Shown: piece by piece, positions 59,793 through 64,000 of the stretch
Position numbering within the stretch: the first letter of the stretch is position 1
Layout: each line of letters opens with the position of its first letter
DNA from: Rickettsiales bacterium
GTDB taxonomy: Bacteria > Pseudomonadota > Alphaproteobacteria > Rickettsiales > UBA998
Direction: 5' to 3'
Assembly: GCA_036770365.1 (NCBI GenBank)
Contig: DAIPJH010000001.1
Coordinates: 236,767 to 300,766 of the forward strand
Length of the DNA stretch: 64,000 bases
Program-made: the position numbers and the translations under genes
The notes under the pieces: model-generated
Seen by the model: only the letters and a program-made list of their open reading frames with translations
Told to the model about the DNA's origin: nothing
Database searches by the model: none

Positions 59793-60617
59793 TTACTTCT
59801 TCTTACCCCGCGTCAATGCCGCATACGCAGCATTAACGGCTGTCGATTTCTCTGTCGCAAGCCTCCGCATCAGCGAATATTTCTGATGTGCAGACCAACG
59901 GTCAGGGTGGCATGCCTTGACCCTTTCACGATACGCCCGCTGTATTTGCTCTTGAGAAGCGGATTTATCAACGCACAAGATATCCCACGGAGAACCCACT
60001 TTTGGACCATCTTGAACATCAATTTCCTTCGCCAATTGCTCCGAAGTAAACCCGAGTGCCTGCGCTATTATACATAAGACATCGTATTCCTTCATATTCA
60101 CAGGCGCGTCAGCAATTGCCAGTGCGACGAATCGCACCAACAAATCGTGCTTTTTCTGCGTACGTCCCGCATATAAAGCAGCAATTTGCTTTGCATACTG
60201 CTCAACAGGAGCAGCGTCACGACAGGCAGCAGAAAACAATGCCTTCATGCGCACAGCCCCAACATCCCGCATGGCAAAAGCTGCCACATAGGCAGATTTT
60301 TCCTTAGGATGCACCTCCTCACCGTCCACCTGCATCAACTTTGCAGCCAAAGCAGCCAGCGTGTAAGAAAGAATCGTTTGCTCCATCTGCGCCTGAGAAA
60401 CAGTGTCTACTGACCCCTGCTTCGACGCATAAGAACGCGACGACCCCGTAACCACCTGCGAAATCAAATCTGGCAACTCGGCAACCCGATCAGTGACCGC
60501 CAAACATCTTTCCACAAACCGCTGACTTAGACCGTCAAGCCATCCTGCAACACTCCAAACGCGACCCTCTAACATAGACGCGTCCATATCACGATGCAAA
60601 CTGGCCATAACACCCAT
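59793..60617 (-). CDS. DjlA-like co-chaperone (TerB-like domain plus C-terminal J domain)
   Basis: The C-terminal J domain is SPWDILCVDKSASQEQIQRAYRERVKACHPDRW, with the HPD motif. The start is taken at MGVMASL (60617). Confidence 0.7.
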   Translation of the reverse strand: MGVMASLHRDMDASMLEGRVWSVAGWLDGLSQRFVERCLAVTDRVAELPDLISQVVTGSSRSYASKQGSVDTVSQAQMEQTILSYTLAALAAKLMQVDGEEVHPKEKSAYVAAFAMRDVGAVRMKALFSAACRDAAPVEQYAKQIAALYAGRTQKKHDLLVRFVALAIADAPVNMKEYDVLCIIAQALGFTSEQLAKEIDVQDGPKVGSPWDILCVDKSASQEQIQRAYRERVKACHPDRWSAHQKYSLMRRLATEKSTAVNAAYAALTRGKKK

Positions 60618-60856
60618 CTTCAGCAAGGCAATTACCCGAAAAGAAAGGTTTTTCCTCCTCGATACACACAATATATAGTCGTCTTACACGCATAGCAACC
60701 CCATATTTATAGTTTTCTACATTTTTTTTCATCACCCATCGAAACATACGCTAAACTACCATTTTATCATGATTTTACTCACACCACGCCACCGACACCA
60801 CCCTTTAAACCGTGATGCAAGAACCATACCCCACCCACCCTCATCATGGCACAGCC

Positions 60857-60890
60857 ATAAAAAAAAGGGAGGCAAAACCTCCCCTTTTTT
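60857..60890. terminator. bidirectional Rho-independent terminator
   Basis: aaaaaaaa-gggagg-caaaa-cctccc-ctttttt lies about 40 nt after the stop of the zeta-inhibitor gene on the minus strand. Confidence 0.65.
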
Positions 60891-60931
60891 ATCCCAACAC
60901 CACATTCACTACAACGTGATAGCAAACACCA

Positions 60932-61252
60932 CTACTCATTCATCAATTGCTTCTGCGCTTCGGTATACCAATAATTCAACTGCAAGACCACCTCATCACG
61001 CTTGAATTCCAGTCCCGCAGCGATCAAATCTCCAAGCACTTTCTCAATGACATCTTCATCGCCCGCACGCTCCAGATCCACAGCCACAATATCCTTTGCA
61101 TAGGCGTCAGCGGCATCACCACTCAAACCCGCCTGCTGTGCAGCCCATAAACCCACGAGCTTATTACGACGCGCCCGTGCCTTAAATTGCAATTCCTCAT
61201 CATGGGCAAATTTTCTTTCAAAAGTCTGCTCGCGTTCACTAAAAGTCGTCAT
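60932..61252 (-). CDS. DUF1476 protein / F1-ATPase inhibitor zeta subunit (alphaproteobacterial)
   Basis: 106 aa. The N-terminus MTTFSEREQTFERKFAHDEELQFKARARRNKLVGLWAA matches the zeta-subunit family as I recall it. The gene is divergent from purC, a common alphaproteobacterial arrangement. Confidence 0.75.
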   Translation of the reverse strand: MTTFSEREQTFERKFAHDEELQFKARARRNKLVGLWAAQQAGLSGDAADAYAKDIVAVDLERAGDEDVIEKVLGDLIAAGLEFKRDEVVLQLNYWYTEAQKQLMNE

Positions 61253-61353
61253 TGTATTCTCCTTATTATAAAATCATTAGTTTTACCGTTGCCCTGCAAT
61301 CTAAATTACTTTATGACTAGCGCAACTTAAAAAACAATTAAAATATAGCGTGA

Positions 61354-62130
61354 ATGATTATGGCCACCAAAAAAACACCCATTTATGAAGGCAAAGCCAA
61401 GCAATTATTTGAAGGGCCAGAACCTGGAACGCTCATTGCACACTTTAAAGACGATGCGACAGCTTTTAATAACCAAAAAAAAGGCACGATTCGCGGTAAA
61501 GGTATCATCAATAATCGTATTTCCGAATATTTGATGATTCGTCTTGGGCAAATGGGCATCCCAACCCATTTCATCAAAACACTGAATATGCGTGAGCAGT
61601 TGGTACATGCGGTTGAAATTGTCCCACTTGAAGTGATTATTCGTAATGTGGCGGCGGGCAGTTTTTCTACCCGTTTCGGCTTAGAAGAAGGTCAGGCTCT
61701 TGGTGCGCCGCTAATTGAATTTTGCTTGAAAAATGATAAACTTGGCGACCCCTTTATCTCAGAAGAGCATATTTATGCGTTTGACATCGCAGACCCGCTC
61801 GAAGTCGAAGAGATCCGCATGCTTGCTATGCGTATTAACGACTATTTAAGTGGTTTGTTTATGGGCATTGGCATACGTTTGGTTGATTTCAAGATCGAAT
61901 TTGGTCGCGTCTATGATGAAGAAGGTCGTGCGCGTATCCTGCTTGCCGATGAAATTAGCCCTGATTCATGCCGTCTGTGGGATGTTCACACCGACGAAAA
62001 AATGGACAAAGACCGCTTCCGCCGTGATATGGGCGGGATTGAAGAGGCCTACCGTGAGGTGGCAAAACGCCTAGGTGTTTTGCCAAGTGCAGAGGTTGCA
62101 GATTTTGATGATACTAAGGGTAAAAAATAA
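61354..62130 (+). CDS. purC: phosphoribosylaminoimidazole-succinocarboxamide synthase PurC
   Basis: [10 protein letters not shown]...DDATAFN and [14 protein letters not shown] motifs. The start could be the ATG at 61360. Confidence 0.95.
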   Translation: MIMATKKTPIYEGKAKQLFEGPEPGTLIAHFKDDATAFNNQKKGTIRGKGIINNRISEYLMIRLGQMGIPTHFIKTLNMREQLVHAVEIVPLEVIIRNVAAGSFSTRFGLEEGQALGAPLIEFCLKNDKLGDPFISEEHIYAFDIADPLEVEEIRMLAMRINDYLSGLFMGIGIRLVDFKIEFGRVYDEEGRARILLADEISPDSCRLWDVHTDEKMDKDRFRRDMGGIEEAYREVAKRLGVLPSAEVADFDDTKGKK

Positions 62131-62131
62131 C

Positions 62132-62374
62132 ATGAAAGCACATATTCATATTACACTTAAAAACGGCGTACTTGACCCGCAAGGCAAAGCAACACGTAAT
62201 GCACTTGAACATCTTGGTTTCTCAGGCGTAGAGGATGTACGTCAAGGCAAGTTTATTGAGCTGATTATCAATACCAATGACAAATCAGCAGCAGAAGTAC
62301 AAGTCAAAGCAATGTGTGAAAAACTACTTGCTAACACGGTAGTTGAAAATTATCGTTTTGAATTAGTGGCATAA
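62132..62374 (+). CDS. purS: phosphoribosylformylglycinamidine synthase subunit PurS
   Basis: 80 aa, MKAHIHITLKNGVLDPQGKA..., lying between purC and purQ. The upstream extension in the ORF track overlaps purC and is rejected. Confidence 0.9.
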   Translation: MKAHIHITLKNGVLDPQGKATRNALEHLGFSGVEDVRQGKFIELIINTNDKSAAEVQVKAMCEKLLANTVVENYRFELVA

Positions 62375-62469
62375 TTACTTACATGCCTTACTCGTTTTGG
62401 CACAGCCGAAACTTCGCTTCCCCCTATGCGGGAGAGGGTTAGGGTGAGGAATATTCATAGAGGCAAAAA

Positions 62470-63183
62470 ATGAAAATCGGCGTTGTTATTTTTCCGGGAT
62501 CAAATTGTGACCGTGACGCACTCACCACCGCACAAAACCTGCTCGGTGGTATGTGGGAAGGTGTAGCTGGTACGGCTGGCAGTGTGCATCCTGTATGGCA
62601 TGATGACAGCGCGCTCCCCGCGCTTGACCTTGTCATCATTCCGGGAGGGTTTTCTTACGGTGATTATTTGCGTTCAGGTGCAATGGCAGCACATTCGCCC
62701 ATCATGCGTGAGGTCAAAAAACATGCAGATGCAGGTCGCTATGTCATCGGCATTTGCAACGGCTTTCAGATTCTTACCGAAGCAGGTATGTTAGAAGGCG
62801 CACTTCTTCGTAATGCAGGACTTAATTTCTTGTGCAAAGACGTATTTTTGCGCGTCGAACATAATGACACCGCTTTCACCAAACATTATGCAAAACATCA
62901 AGTGATTCGCGTACCGATCGCTCATCATGATGGTAATTTTTTTGCCGATGATGCGACGCTCAATGCACTAGAAGATAATGGACAAATTGCATTTCGCTAT
63001 GTTACCGAGTCAGGTGAAATGACCGAACACGCCAACCCGAATGGCTCACAGCGCAACATCGCAGGGATTCGCAACAAAAAAGGTAATGTACTCGGCATGA
63101 TGCCTCATCCTGAGCGCGTGTGTGATGCCCTTACGGGTGGCATAGATGGTCGTGCGCTTTTCACATCACTTTTAGCTGCCTAA
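62470..63183 (+). CDS. purQ: phosphoribosylformylglycinamidine synthase subunit PurQ (glutaminase)
   Basis: FPGSNCDRD, GGFSYGDYLR, the catalytic Cys in GICNGFQIL, and MMPHPER. Confidence 0.95.
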   Translation: MKIGVVIFPGSNCDRDALTTAQNLLGGMWEGVAGTAGSVHPVWHDDSALPALDLVIIPGGFSYGDYLRSGAMAAHSPIMREVKKHADAGRYVIGICNGFQILTEAGMLEGALLRNAGLNFLCKDVFLRVEHNDTAFTKHYAKHQVIRVPIAHHDGNFFADDATLNALEDNGQIAFRYVTESGEMTEHANPNGSQRNIAGIRNKKGNVLGMMPHPERVCDALTGGIDGRALFTSLLAA

Positions 63184-63281
63184 CCCGCATTTTTCCGCCA
63201 CTCATCATTAAAATTAACTTTTTGTTAATGATTCTGTGCGACTCTCAAATTTAGAGAGTTTGTTGGATTGGGCAAAAGCAC

Positions 63282-63542
63282 ATGGTAAACCCTTACTACA
63301 TGGCAGATAATACCGCGAGTCTTGGGCTGATGGATCAGCGCATGACGGGTGCGTGCAAGAATGCCCTCAACGATCTTATGCTCCCAATTATCCCTTCAAC
63401 AGACCGCTTCGCACATATTGACTTAAGCAGCATCAAACCGACAACCTCTATTCAACTCGCTGATTCTGAACTTACTGCCCCTGCTCCTGTTGGTCCTGCT
63501 CCTGTTGGTAAGGCAAGTAGTCAAGAACAACTTTACAGATAA
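63282..63542 (+). CDS. hypothetical small protein (86 aa), doubtful
   Basis: ORF only. It contains a 15-nt direct duplication (cctgctcctgttggt x2, encoding APVGPAPVG). I recognise no family and see no clear SD. Confidence 0.25.
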   Translation: MVNPYYMADNTASLGLMDQRMTGACKNALNDLMLPIIPSTDRFAHIDLSSIKPTTSIQLADSELTAPAPVGPAPVGKASSQEQLYR

Positions 63543-63627
63543 CCTCTTTTCCCTCTCTCCCTTCTTGTGTTTTCTGACATTTTCGCTATGGTGCTGACCG
63601 TTCGTCACTCCATAGCAGGATAGTATT

Positions 63628-64000
63628 ATGTCACAGGCCGCAGCGTATACACAAATGACCCCGACCATCACCCCACAAATCGTTGCAGAACATGGACTTA
63701 CTGAGGAAGAATATGCACGCGTCGTAGCGATTATGGGGCGTACGCCGAATCTGGTAGAACTTGGGATTTTCTCAGTGATGTGGAGTGAACATTGTTCGTA
63801 TAAAACCACGCGCAAATGGCTCTCAGGACTACCAACCAAAGCTCCGTGGGTAATTTGCGGTCCCGGTGAGAATGCAGGTGTGATTGATATTGGCGATGGT
63901 CAGGCGGCGATTTTCAAAATGGAAAGCCACAATCATCCTTCTTTTATTGAGCCTTTTCAAGGCGCAGCGACAGGGGTTGGCGGGATTTTACGCGACGTAT
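63628..64000 (+). CDS. purL: phosphoribosylformylglycinamidine synthase subunit PurL (5-prime part, continues beyond the window)
   Basis: My own translation from the ATG at 63628 gives [65 protein letters not shown]...[28 protein letters not shown], a canonical PurL N-terminus. It is absent from the ORF track because no stop falls inside the window. Confidence 0.9.
   Translation, partial: MSQAAAYTQMTPTITPQIVAEHGLTEEEYARVVAIMGRTPNLVELGIFSVMWSEHCSYKTTRKWLSGLPTKAPWVICGPGENAGVIDIGDGQAAIFKMESHNHPSFIEPFQGAATGVGGILRDV

Noticed and set aside
63423-63839. A 138-aa minus-strand ORF.
   Set aside because: It is antisense to the clearly recognisable purL N-terminus and to the purQ-purL spacer, and it has no motif support.

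Overview
The window looks like alphaproteobacterial chromosome of moderate GC (judged by eye). Three things support that call: a FliX regulator divergent from flgI, a DUF1476/zeta ATPase-inhibitor gene beside purC, and bamD-recN-ligA facing lpxC-ftsZ-ftsA-ftsQ-ddl. There are four blocks. (1) 1-16.7 kb holds housekeeping genes (folC, clpX, tRNA-Asn, tsaC/sua5, ogt, MTHFS, ymdB) mixed with accessory-looking genes: a serralysin-type RTX metalloprotease with a (Gly-Thr)n linker, a TIGR02001-like outer-membrane protein, a TPR-sulfotransferase fusion, a repetitive Ala/Pro/Glu/Lys secreted protein, and a ParA-like ATPase with a histone-H1-like tail. (2) 16.9-37.2 kb is a flagellar hook/filament cluster: flgE-flgD-fliK and fliX on the minus strand, then flgI-flgJ-flgN/flbY-flgK-flgL-fliW-fliB-fliC-flaG-fliD-fliS on the plus strand. 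(3) 37.3-45.9 kb holds dksA, a GNAT gene, bamD, recN, ligA, prmA and lpxC. (4) 46.1-64 kb holds the distal dcw cluster (ftsZ, ftsA, ftsQ, ddl, murB, murC, murG, ftsW), RNase P RNA, an AmpD-type amidase, a DjlA-like J-protein, the zeta inhibitor, and purC-purS-purQ-purL (purL runs off the window). The most unusual signal is in the flagellar cluster. Hook (938 aa), HAP1 (908 aa), flagellin (952 aa), cap (584 aa) and ruler (658 aa) are all much longer than the enteric references. Their conserved termini flank large Thr/Ser/Gly/Ala-rich inserts built from recurring modules, one of which is shared between FlgE (two copies) and FlgK (one copy). A FliB-type flagellin lysine methylase and an orphan FliW sit directly upstream of fliC. 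A second oddity is a CopA-type multicopper oxidase fused to a CopB-like beta-barrel, wedged between murB and ddl. I saw no CRISPR array, prophage, IS element or recognisable defence system. All family assignments rest on motifs read by eye, with no database search. Non-CDS coordinates may be off by a base or two.
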